From the NCBI GenBank assembly GCA_963726195.1, contig CAVSBO010000003.1:352001-416000 (forward strand): a DNA stretch of 64,000 nucleotides, read 5' to 3'. The first letter of the stretch is position 1; each line of letters opens with the position of its first letter. The notes beneath the pieces are model-generated. The model was not told where the DNA came from, did no database searches, and saw only the letters and a program-made list of their open reading frames with translations. Made by a program: the position numbers and the translations under genes. The stretch is from Candidatus Thorarchaeota archaeon (GTDB taxonomy: Archaea > Asgardarchaeota > Thorarchaeia > Thorarchaeales > Thorarchaeaceae). This document shows, in pieces, positions 11,001-21,908 of this stretch.

Positions 11001-14000
11001 GTAGTCTGAATACTTTATCACCGCGGTTATGTTGTAATAGTAGTACGCAGGAGGAGCAGAGATGACGCTTGCTTGGGTGTATCGACCAGTGATGGTAACC
11101 TGAGTCGTGGCTGTCGAATTCGAGTAGTATGGAACGACGTTGCCCCAGAATAAGGTCAATCCTATTGGATGGTTAGTGACCAATGATGATCCTATGAGGG
11201 TGGAGTTGAATGAAATCGTGTACACTCCATTGCTTCCTGTCAGAGAGTAGCTTGCAGAACCAATGGGAGTGCCTGAACCATGAGTAAGGATTAGAACTGA
11301 CTTTGTCAATGTGATTGGTGTGCCTGACAAGCCATCGGTCGCAGTGATTTCAAAGGTCACGTACTCTAGGTATGCAGTATTGAGTGGAGACCTCGATACA
11401 GTGAGGCTCGCGGGTCTTCTTGAAACCTCAATACTCACCGATCGAACACGTTGCATATAAAACGGATTTCCTGTATAGTTGGCAGTAACGACTATCGAGT
11501 ACGGTCCGAAGTTGCCCAGAGCAACTGTCGAGATCCGGATTCTGTAGTAGCCATCGGTAGCATTGTAGTATACCCAGTAGTTACCTCCTTTGGCAAGCGG
11601 GTATGATGAATTCCCGCAGCTCGCGTAGATGTTTGCGCCCGGTATCGCCACACCTGTTGTGTCGTCACTATATCTCACCATGATCGTGGCATTCGTCAAA
11701 TAGGGAGCGAGGTCAGGTGGCAGGCTGGTCAACTGAGTACGTCTTTGGATTAACGTTAGGTAGAAGAAGTCAGTAGCATCCAAGCAGTATCTTGCGCCGT
11801 TGTAATGTATGCTCGCATTGACTCTGAAGACACCGAGAGATAGAAAGGTGGTCGTATTGAGAGTCAACGTGTACGTGCCGTCATTATTGTCCAGTATCGT
11901 GTAGTGACCAGATAGCGATGAATCAAGGGTCAGCGTACTACCCTTCATGCCGGCAGTCGTGCCATCATCATCATCCCTGTATGTGAACACGAGAATCAGA
12001 TTGTCTTTGTACTGAATAGGGGCGTACGAGCCGTGTGATAGGTCGGTGTTTCTGTATCTCACTGTTATGGGCACAGGAATGTGAGTCTGGTTCTGGTAGA
12101 ACGGCTTTCCAGCCCATATTACGTTGAGATGGAATGTGTGCGTGCCAGGAGTCCAAGAATTAGTATTCAGTCGAATCTTGAAGACACCAGTTGCATTTCC
12201 AAGATAGTATACCGTGTATGAAATGGGCTCGTCCAGCGTAATAGTGAGCATACTTGTCTTTAGTATCGGATTGCCCGTGATAGAATCTCTATAGACAAGA
12301 GTGAGATTCACGAGTGTGTCATATGGAGTTACGGGTATTGGAGTCCAGTCCGCAGCAGTGAGACGAGAAGTGGTGTATACAGTTACGAGCAGAGTCTTGT
12401 TGTCATATTGTGGCAACTGTCCCTTGGTCCAGTTCAGGAAAATCCTCAACTGACAGCCGATGAGCCCGCTAAGATAGGCTTGTACTGAATACGATACGGT
12501 ACTCACCAGGCCTGCTGATAGGACTAACCTCCGTGATTGTCATTACACTCTGTGTCAGAGTCTGACCTGGAGTCAATACAGAGATGTAGATCTTTACGTT
12601 CCACTTGTATGGGCCGGTCCCGTTTGTGATACCTGTCGCGTTGGATACATCAAAATAGATTACTGTGAAGTTGGCATTTTCGCCATACGGAGTAATGACA
12701 GGGCTTTGGCCAATGTATAGGTCAGTAGGAGACGATGTAATGCTTGCACTAGTGCTGATGACCTTGTCATAGTACTTCGTAGTCGGGCCTGTCCAGTTTG
12801 CGTATATGACAAGAGGCTCTGACCCAATTGTGCCCCACTGGTCAGCACGGATTATGATCACGTAATACCCAGGCTGGGTCCCATTGACTACTTGATACTT
12901 GAGTCCCGGCAAGGTTGAGCTTGTCACGCGTATCTTGACGTAGTAGCCGACCGTGGAGCCATTCTGAATACCCACCATGAGGTCAGAATCGAAATATGAC
13001 ACGTTGATGTAGACACGGCCAGTGTACGGGGTCCGGCTAATCGCGTTCAGAAGACTGAATGATGTCAGGTGAGTTCTCAGAACAACTGTTACAACGAAGG
13101 TGTGGTTCTGAGCTCCGTACTTTAAGACGTTGAAAACGACAGCGTACGAACGCAAAGCATCTGAATCCTTCGAGAAAAGCGTGACTTGGTAGACTCCCGG
13201 AGTTCCGGTTGTTGTGACTGTGTAGTTCTGGTCGCCTTTGACGTGTATGCTAGACCAGTTGCAGCTGATTGCGCTTGCAGCACCTGTAATAGGAGTCCCA
13301 TGGTCCGTGTCTGTGTACGTGATTGTTAGAGATGCGCTATAGCCCACGGGGACGGAAAGCAGACTTGCAGACGGGATAGCTGAGGTATGGAGATCCCTTA
13401 CTTGCAGGGAGAGAACAATCGACTTTGTTGCAAAGTAGTCCCTCCTTGCGGTGATGTTTATGTGGTAAGTTGCGAGTGGAGCCGCACTAGTGCGCAAAGT
13501 CAAATCATAGTAGCCGGGTTTTCCTGCCTCTGGGGTGACACTATAGGTATCCTTGGTCCAGTTGCACGAGACCAAAGCATTCTGAATTGCGTTGCTCTTC
13601 TGGTCTGTGTAAGACACATGGAAAGTAGCGTTATACCCTTTCGGCACATCGACACCCGGAGCGTCAGAGGAGAACAGATTACTCGTGTATATCACATTAA
13701 TTGTGAATGTCTTCGAAATCGAATCATAGTAGGTCTTGGACCATAGTAGATTCACAATGAATTGGCCATTGGATGACAAGAGGCTTGTATTGAGTGTCAC
13801 GCTGTATTCTCCGGTCCCTAAGTCAGCAACTTGTCCGGAGCCAGCCGCCCAAGAATAGGTCATGGCTCCCCCGGGGAGCATGACTCCTCTGTCCGAGTCA
13901 TTCACTCTGAATTGCAGAAGCACCAGATCGCCGTACGTTGCATTGTATGTCCACGAAGTGACAGAAGATGAGGGGTACTTAACGGCCATCTGGGTCGAGT

Positions 14001-16692
14001 GATTAACGGTGAACCCTCTGCGGTAGAATCCTACGTTTCTCACAGCTCCTCCGCCAGATACAGAGTCAAACACGTAGGCCTGGACTTCCCAAGACCCGAC
14101 CGTAGCGTTCGAGGATGCGAACGTAACGTACCCGGTGGTTGCGTAACCAGAGCTATTGATCGTCGCTTGAAGTGTCTTCCAGAGGTTGCCACTAGAATCA
14201 TACACGCTGAAGTTGACTTTATTGCCAGAATAGGAAGTGTTAGAGAATGACGCAAGGAATCTTGTTTGTTCGTTTGCTCTGAAGGCCTTCGTCGTGACCC
14301 ACTGAGAGGTAAGCGTGTTCCATACCTTAAGGTTCGAAATCATGTTTGGCGAATAGCCCTTCATGTCCCAGAATCCATTCTGGCTTGTCGTCGTGACCTT
14401 GTACACTGAGACATTGACCTTCCCATCGCCAACTTTCCCGTAGGACCATTGAGAGCCGTACGTGAGGTTCGTTGTACGGAAGTTGGGTTGAGATACAAAG
14501 TTGACGTCCCTGTCTTTTGGTATCGAGACGTTGAAGAAGTAGTATGACGAGTATCCTCCGGGCACGGCGGGATAATGGTTTGTCTCCCATTGAACTAACG
14601 AAGCATTTTGCACCACGAAGTTGTCGCCGGTCGTGAACTTTGCGGTATCGTTCACCGTAAGCACATTATACCTTCGAGCCCATACTGTTACGTAAGTGTT
14701 AATCGCGATTGAGATTGTCATGTCCGGGTTAGGAGGATTTGGAATAGGCGTCCAAGAGAAATTCCCATAGGCACTGCCAGACTGCCAAGGGATGGCAGGC
14801 GAGTATGTAGCGGTTCCTCGACCGAAGATAGGTTGTGAGCCATTCATGACATTGCTGACCACTACGCCATCCATCTTGAGATTGATGTTCTGAGGAGTGG
14901 CTTTGGCTTTCATGTATATCAGTAGATTATCTACCCTGCCCTCAGGTCCGATTTCAGGTCTGTACCACTCGCTTTGCGTATCTCGCAGACCTGCCATGAT
15001 TGTTACGTTCGGAAGAGTGATAGAAGACGTGCTTACGGGCAATAGACCCGTGGAGTACCATGTATTTGGAGCGGCTATCGCATCGAATGCCTTGCTCCAC
15101 AAGTAGGTGCCACCCGCATCTGGGTCACCTATTGAGACAAAAAGCTGGAAGAAGCCAGTCATGTATCCACCCCATCCTCGGCAAGATGCATAGTAGTCCA
15201 GCGAGATTCCGAGCCATGTGATTTGGCCTCTGGGAATACTCAGCTTTTGACTGACGAAGGCCTTGGTGCCAGGGTTGTACCAGTAACCGTACAGCCCGCC
15301 TCCTGCATCATGATAGAAACCATTGAGGACGAAATCGGGTGATGGGTTCCCTGCGCCGTGCCCGGTGGCCGACCACGTACTAGCAGGACGGTCTCTTGCG
15401 CTACTCTCGGTCGTATAGATGTAACCCGTGGAATTCACTGCAATTCCATAATTGAAGTGGAAGTTGCCGTTTCCTGAACCATCAGAACCCCATGAGGAGG
15501 TGCCGCCGGTCACATTGTTGTAGGTATAGACTCGATGGTTGCCTGCGTCATCAATGTACACCATGCCAGTCGATGAATAGGCGGCAATCCCTTCGGGTGT
15601 CAGCATTCCTGAACCAATTGTCGTAGCACTGGCCCCAATCTCGGAGAAGCGGCGCACTTGGCTTCCTGAGGTTTGGACCTCGCTCACGAAGACTTGCCTG
15701 CTGACTTGTAGGATTGCTATTCCATGAGGCAGCCCCACACTCGCCCATTGGCCGACGTACGAACCTGTATCGCTAAAGTACTGTACCCTTGAGTTTCCAG
15801 AGTCAACAACATAGGCACGGTAGTTGTAGTTCATGATAGCTATGCCAACCGGACCATGAAACAGCCCATTTCCCTCACCGGTTGAGCCCCATGATCTCTG
15901 ATAGACGCCTCGGGCATTGAAGACCTGAATCCTGTCATTTCCATAGTCTGCCACATACACATAGCCAGTGTTATTTACAGCGATACCCATGGGCCTGTCA
16001 AATTGCCCGGTGCCAGTTCCGTAAGTCCCCCACTTGAACTGGAACACTCCATTGCGATTGAATACTTCGATACGGTTGTTGTAAGTATCCGCGACATAAA
16101 CGAACCCTGTAGAGTTAATTGCGATGCCCCATGGATCGGTGAAATTGCCGTTTTGCGCGCCCCTTGAGCCCCACTGTCTCTGATATACGCCCGCCGAGGT
16201 AAAGACCTGTACCCTGTCATTCCCTGAGAAGTAACCTTCAAGCTGGCCGGTCCCGTAACTCCAGTTTGCGTTCGTGGCATAGCCAGAGTTGCCGACCCAA
16301 GTCCTGTTCTCAGTGACGTCAGTCAAGTTCCCAAGCACTTTGTAACCTTGCCACGCGTTTCCGAGGGGCACGGAGAGGTTTGCGGTCGTTGTCTTCTGAG
16401 TTGACGGGTTATAGATCATGCTACTTCCAGTGAATGTGTCTGTCCGTGTGCCGTATTCTGACACCACGAGCGGCGAACCCACACCAGTCTTCTGGCTTGG
16501 TGCAGCCGACAAGACATACTCGTAGAGTATCTCATCAGGACCAACTTCGATGGTCGTGCCATTTCCAAGGTCGACTATTCTTGAACCTGATTGAGAAGAA
16601 GACACATTCGGCAATAGGGGGTTGATCATAAAACTCCCCAATGTCATCGATGCCATCATGAAAAGCACGACAATGAATCGAGTTGGTCTCAT
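8035..16692 (-). CDS. Giant type-I membrane surface glycoprotein 2 (~2880 aa reconstructed) with NHL beta-propeller; split into 4 ORFs by 3 probable sequencing indels
   Basis: ORFs 12469-16725, 9759-12506, 8891-9754 and 8035-8973 are colinear with protein 1. Removing one base at each of ~12475, ~9760 and ~8985 restores STSLLSGLIG, LSYSLGAHVG and RKIATQLVVV. Likely ATG at 16692 (MRPTRF) after an AGGAG. NHL repeats of the type PxGIAVNxxGxVYVADxxNxRIQVF are present. Confidence 0.85.
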
Positions 16693-16725
16693 GCACAGGA
16701 CTCCTGTAGTTTGAGAGAGAATCAA

Positions 16726-16800
16726 CCGTCCTGAGAGTCTGCAGTCTCTCAGACGGCAAGTATTATGCGCAGATGTGGCTTCAAACAGTTTGTATTAAAA
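16726..16800 (-). promoter_or_regulatory. Putative promoter and 5' leader of the giant-protein operon: TATA-like TTTTAATA (16793-16800) and near-perfect palindrome (16726-16756)
   Basis: Dyad CCGTC-CTGAGAG-T-CTGCAG-T-CTCTCAG-ACGG lies between the TATA-like box and the start codon. Confidence 0.4.
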
Positions 16801-16956
16801 AGATGGCCGCTAGACACCGTTCCAAATGACGGCGAGTCGTTCGATTAATCGACATGAGCCACGGCAATCACATGACTCGCCTGCATGTTCTCTGCTGGTT
16901 CACTAACACAACGGGAATCTTATTACGCTGAAGTGGTTCGCGCGTTGCGATTCAAG

Positions 16957-19482
16957 ATGGTTGAGCAGCCTGAGAAGTTCTGGAGTGAAAGTGCTGACGA
17001 ACTGATAGCGGCACTGCAAAGCAAGAAGGAAGGACTGAGCACCACCGAGGCTGCCGATCGCTTGGTTAGGTTCGGTCCCAACCGACTCAAGCCCAAGAAG
17101 AGAACTGACTCCTTAGTCCTGCTCGCGAATCAGTTTAGAAGTCCAATAATCATGATTCTGATCTTCTCAGCCATCCTTGCCTTTCTTACAAGCGACGACG
17201 TAGACAGCCTCATCATAGTAATCATAGTTGCCACCAGCGGTGCCCTCGGCTTTTCGCAAGAACGAGCGGCTACCAACGCTGTTCAGCGTCTCTTGTCCAT
17301 GATAACGACAAAGGTGACCGTGCTCAGAGATGGGGCAACAACTGACATTCCCATGGAGAATCTCGTTCCGGGCGACATCACGGTTCTGAATGCTGGTGAT
17401 ATCGTACCAGGAGATTGCAGGCTCCTGGAGTCTAGAGACCTATTCGTCGACGAAGCGACTATGACAGGTGAAACATTTCCTGCCGAGAAAGAGTGCGGTG
17501 ACCTAGCGCCAGATACTTCCTTGGCCCGGCGCACCAACTCTGTCTTTATGGGCACACATGTTGTGAGCGGCAGCGGCACTGCACTAGTGGTGCAGACTGG
17601 CCCTGCGACCGTGTTCGGCAAGCTGGAGGAGAGGCTTAGGGAAGGAGTGCCGGTCACTGAGTTCGAACGCGGCATCAGACGATTCGGGTACCTGTTGAGC
17701 GAGGTGACCATGACCTTCGTGCTCGTGATCTTCGCTCTGAATGTGTACTTTGTACGTCCAGTTCTGGATTCCTTCTTGTTTGCCCTGGCTCTCGCAGTCG
17801 GTATCGTACCGCAGCTCCTGCCCACAATCATAAGCATCAACCTAGCACAGGGAGCCAAGAGGATGGCTAAGAGCAAAGTCATCGTGAAGCAACTGGAAGC
17901 AATTGAGAACTTCGGCAGCATGAGCATCCTCTGCTCCGACAAAACTGGCACAATCACTGAAGGAAAGATTCACCTTCAGGCTGCAGTTGATATGAACGGA
18001 CAAGACAGCAAAGATGTGCTTCTATATGCCTACTTGAACGCACGATATCAGAACGCGTACACAAACCCAATCGATGAGGGCATAATTGCCTCCGTCAATA
18101 TGGACATAGGGGATTACACCAAACTGGACGAGATACCTTACGACTTCATACGGAAGCGTCTGAGCGTTCTTGTGGCGAAGGGCGAGAGTCGATTAATCGT
18201 AACGAAGGGAGCTCTCACAAACATACTCTCAGTCTGCACACGAGTAAAATCAGCACAAGGCAAGGTCATCGACATTGGCGGCTACCTAGATACTATCAAA
18301 CAGGAATATGCAAAGCTCAGCGATCAAGGCTACAGAACACTCGGTGTCTGCTATCGCGAGTTGAAGGGAGTCGACAGAATCACGAAGGATGACGACAAGG
18401 AAATGGTGTTCGCCGGTCTCCTCGTCCTGACCGATCCCCCGAAGGAGGGCATCGTCGAGACACTTGCACAGCTCCGAGAACTCGGGGTCTCTCTGAAGGT
18501 CATCACTGGCGACAACAAGCTCGTAGCAACCAGCATTGGACGCCAAATCGGCATGGAGGACCCTCATGTTGTATCAGGGCCTGAGATTCGCCAGATGAGC
18601 GATGAGGCGCTCGTCAGGAAATCCGCCGAGATTGATATCTTTGCTGAGGTGGAGCCCAATCAGAAGGAGAGAATCATACTTGCGCTCAGGAAACTGGGCC
18701 GCACTGTGGGCTACATGGGCGATGGAATAAACGATGCTGCTGCAATCCATGCAGCTGATGTCGGAATATCCGTTGAAGGGGCAGTTGATGTGGCGAAGGA
18801 TGCCGCCCAAATCGTGCTTCTAGAGAAAGACCTCAACGTTCTTGCGGATGGAATAAGGGCGGGGAGAAAGACATTCGCCAATACAATGAAGTACATCTTC
18901 ATGACGACAAGCGCCAACTTCGGCAACATCACCAGCATGGCAGTCGCGTCCCTAATCCTGACCTTCCTACCACTGTGGCCAAAGCAGATACTTGGGCTCA
19001 ACCTAATCACAGACCTTCCTGCAACAACAATGGGCACAGATAGGGTCGATCCGGAACTCGTGATAAAACCCAGACGCTGGAACCTTGGATTCTTGACGAA
19101 GTTCATGGTTGTTTTCGGCTTGCAGAGTTCGCTGATGGACATGGTCACATTTGCTGTGCTACTTCTCGTGCTCAACTCTACTCCAGACCAGTTCAGGAAC
19201 ACATGGTTCTTGGTCTCAGCTGTAACCGAATTGGTTACGCTCCTAATCGTAAGGACGCGGAAGCCTTTCTTGTTGAGCAGACCTAGCGGCTCCCTGATTG
19301 GTGCAACATTAGTTGTTCTGTTCGTGACACTTGTCTTGCCCTATTCTCCACTCGCAGGCCTATTCGATCTTCTTCCCTTGAGCGCTTTTTACCTGGAAGT
19401 GGTCGCTGCCATTGTTCTCCTGTACACCGTGGCTCTGGAACTAACGAAGCACGTCTTCTATGCAAAGGTTCGCGAGCAATAA
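16957..19482 (+). CDS. mgtA: Magnesium-translocating P-type ATPase (P3B)
   Basis: Motifs DKTGT, TGET and GDGINDA; TM4 AVGIVPQLLP; DEIPYDFIRKRLSV; TSANFGN. Likely start at MVEQ (16957); the ORF track extends to 16885. Confidence 0.88.
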   Translation: MVEQPEKFWSESADELIAALQSKKEGLSTTEAADRLVRFGPNRLKPKKRTDSLVLLANQFRSPIIMILIFSAILAFLTSDDVDSLIIVIIVATSGALGFSQERAATNAVQRLLSMITTKVTVLRDGATTDIPMENLVPGDITVLNAGDIVPGDCRLLESRDLFVDEATMTGETFPAEKECGDLAPDTSLARRTNSVFMGTHVVSGSGTALVVQTGPATVFGKLEERLREGVPVTEFERGIRRFGYLLSEVTMTFVLVIFALNVYFVRPVLDSFLFALALAVGIVPQLLPTIISINLAQGAKRMAKSKVIVKQLEAIENFGSMSILCSDKTGTITEGKIHLQAAVDMNGQDSKDVLLYAYLNARYQNAYTNPIDEGIIASVNMDIGDYTKLDEIPYDFIRKRLSVLVAKGESRLIVTKGALTNILSVCTRVKSAQGKVIDIGGYLDTIKQEYAKLSDQGYRTLGVCYRELKGVDRITKDDDKEMVFAGLLVLTDPPKEGIVETLAQLRELGVSLKVITGDNKLVATSIGRQIGMEDPHVVSGPEIRQMSDEALVRKSAEIDIFAEVEPNQKERIILALRKLGRTVGYMGDGINDAAAIHAADVGISVEGAVDVAKDAAQIVLLEKDLNVLADGIRAGRKTFANTMKYIFMTTSANFGNITSMAVASLILTFLPLWPKQILGLNLITDLPATTMGTDRVDPELVIKPRRWNLGFLTKFMVVFGLQSSLMDMVTFAVLLLVLNSTPDQFRNTWFLVSAVTELVTLLIVRTRKPFLLSRPSGSLIGATLVVLFVTLVLPYSPLAGLFDLLPLSAFYLEVVAAIVLLYTVALELTKHVFYAKVREQ

Positions 19483-19540
19483 TACCGTTCCGGACTGGTT
19501 GAGCCAGAGCTTGGCCCAACAGCTGCATGTCAAATGATAA

Positions 19541-21703
19541 TCAGGCCCTCGTTTTCTTGTAAGCTATGAGCACTACTACCACAGCTCCAATCACTGTCAT
19601 GCTCAGGACGACCATCAACGCGGCACTCCATGGAGGTCCGATCAAGTTCTCTCCGATTACCTGAATGTGGTTCGACTCAACCTTATTCAGTCCCCAGTCG
19701 TATGCTTCCACCCACAAGCTCAGTGTGCTAGAGTTGCCCAAGCCCAGAACGCGTGTCGCGTAGTTGCTTCCAACGGATGTGCAAGGGAGGACGATTTCAG
19801 TGGTATCATTCACGAGAAGGTGTGCAGTGACATTCTCGACACCTGCCAAATCATCCTCGACCTGTGCCCATACGGTGAAGTTGTTGTAGCTGGAGTCGTG
19901 TGGAACCACGCCCCAAGCCTTGATTTGTGGCGGGTTGTTGTCAACCATTGAATAGACGAGTCGCCTGCTCCAATCTTTTGCAGCACAAAGAGCCCGATAG
20001 CACCCTTGCCAGTCCATATGCTCATACCTATCGTTTGCTAGCGAGAAGGCACTCAGGGCTTCGTGCTCGGCTAGGAAAACCTTAGGTAAGTCACTGGGCT
20101 GCACGTCAGCACTACCTCGTTCAAAGCGTGCCCACACGTCTGCTTGCATTTGGTCAAGGTATGTGCCCTGAGCCCAATTCCTGTCGAATGTCGACGTGCC
20201 ATTGTGGGACCCAAAGTAGCCCATTGGGCCGTAGCTGAAATCACCCACGTAGTGATAGTAATCCCAAGTGTGTCCAAAACCAATCGCGTGCATCGCTTCA
20301 TGAAGCTGAGTCTCGGAAACACCGCACTTAGGGGTGACCCCATCCGGACGATAGTAACGCTCCCAGCTCTTCCATATCACTGTCTGTCCGTCACCACCAA
20401 GACCGGTGTATGCTCGCCCATAGACCTGCATTTCCATGTTCTTCTTTACGAAGACAACACCAAACACATTGATGTTCGGGTCTTCCACATTGATGTATTG
20501 TGGTCTCATCTGCGTGTAAATCGCATCAAACATCGAACCGCCATCAACAATCAACTTGCCATTGATAACCTGCGAATACTCTTGGAACAATGTCAACCAA
20601 TCCGGGTAATTGTCGATGTCAAGATACTGCACGTCCACCGTCCACGGGATGAACGGCAAGAGCTCGGACAGGGCATATGCCTGCTTCTGAGCATTGGTCA
20701 CCCACCGAAGGCTATCGACCGTGATGTTATCGGAAACATCCATACAAGAGACGAGCACTTTCATCAGCCCTGAATGAGCGTAGGCCGAGGGAGAGTGCTC
20801 GCCGGGAACCATCAGATATGCGATTGGGTCATGGATATAATCGCGAAGATACGAATTGAGGGCGATACGGCCCGCGGCTGTGGAGAGGTCAAGCGCAGAT
20901 ACTATGTCTTCTAGATCTTCTGTGCAATGTTGGTACTCGTTGACATAGGGCGGATCACTCCACCAGATTCTTGCCCACCGCAGATACCACTGGTCCGCCG
21001 AAGGGTCGAGAACATAGATGTTCCCTCTTCCTCCGAAGCCAGCATACTCGAGCTTGACGTCAAGATTCAGAGAGTTGTCCCATTCAAGTCTGAACCAATC
21101 CTGTTTCTGGCCGCTGTCAGGATCGATTGGGCGGTAGTCGTACCAGTGCTCAAGCTGGTGACCGGGTGTATCTAGCTCCGAGAAGTTGAACAAATAGTAA
21201 ACATACCCGAGGTCTGGTGGTCTAACTGCAGGATTGGCAATCAACCAGTCCTCAACAGGGTACGCATCAATAGCCCTACCTGCACGCGGATAGAAGATAC
21301 TTTGGGGTTGATTCAGGTGAGTCTTTTGATAGTAGAGGTTGTTCTCGTTGATTCTCGTACCAGTCTCAGATCCGTTCACTGAGTGTGCCATCATGACCTG
21401 CAAGAGACTACTCGTGTACGAAGCGTTTGCAGAAAACAGGTCGTAGTGCACATCATAGATGATAGTTGCGCCATCGGTCGCGTAGACTCTTTGAGTCGGG
21501 AGTCCGGTAGTCAGGATTGTTGAGTTGAGAAAGGCGATGCCATAGTTCACCGCCACGATATGAATTGTCCAGTTACGTGTGACATTCACCGGGCCTCCCG
21601 CAAGTTCCATTGCACTCAACACTGGCTGGTTGGCTGATGCCCAGCCAACGGGGACCAATAGTGAGAAGACAATACCCAAGATAAGATAGGCCCCGCAGCG
21701 CAT
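19541..21703 (-). CDS. Secreted, C-terminally anchored zinc metalloprotease (metzincin-like)
   Basis: HEAMHAIGFGH fits HExxHxxGxxH, followed by a Met-turn-like SYGPMGY. Signal peptide, Ig-like domain and C-terminal TM with basic tail. GAGGAG lies upstream of ATG 21703. Confidence 0.8.
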   Translation of the reverse strand: MRCGAYLILGIVFSLLVPVGWASANQPVLSAMELAGGPVNVTRNWTIHIVAVNYGIAFLNSTILTTGLPTQRVYATDGATIIYDVHYDLFSANASYTSSLLQVMMAHSVNGSETGTRINENNLYYQKTHLNQPQSIFYPRAGRAIDAYPVEDWLIANPAVRPPDLGYVYYLFNFSELDTPGHQLEHWYDYRPIDPDSGQKQDWFRLEWDNSLNLDVKLEYAGFGGRGNIYVLDPSADQWYLRWARIWWSDPPYVNEYQHCTEDLEDIVSALDLSTAAGRIALNSYLRDYIHDPIAYLMVPGEHSPSAYAHSGLMKVLVSCMDVSDNITVDSLRWVTNAQKQAYALSELLPFIPWTVDVQYLDIDNYPDWLTLFQEYSQVINGKLIVDGGSMFDAIYTQMRPQYINVEDPNINVFGVVFVKKNMEMQVYGRAYTGLGGDGQTVIWKSWERYYRPDGVTPKCGVSETQLHEAMHAIGFGHTWDYYHYVGDFSYGPMGYFGSHNGTSTFDRNWAQGTYLDQMQADVWARFERGSADVQPSDLPKVFLAEHEALSAFSLANDRYEHMDWQGCYRALCAAKDWSRRLVYSMVDNNPPQIKAWGVVPHDSSYNNFTVWAQVEDDLAGVENVTAHLLVNDTTEIVLPCTSVGSNYATRVLGLGNSSTLSLWVEAYDWGLNKVESNHIQVIGENLIGPPWSAALMVVLSMTVIGAVVVVLIAYKKTRA

Positions 21704-21908
21704 GAGCTCCGCATCTCCTCTTCTGATATTAACAACTCGGTGACAGCATGCTGGCAATCATCCCCGAGAAGATGCCTATCCGTGTCCTGCACAGCTCGCT
21801 CTCAGTTCTACCCTGTCAGGACCAAACATTCCCCACACGAACCATTATAAACGGCATAGAACCTGCCCGACGACAGTCCAAAGACAGTCGGGTCTAGAGG
21901 CTAACGGA

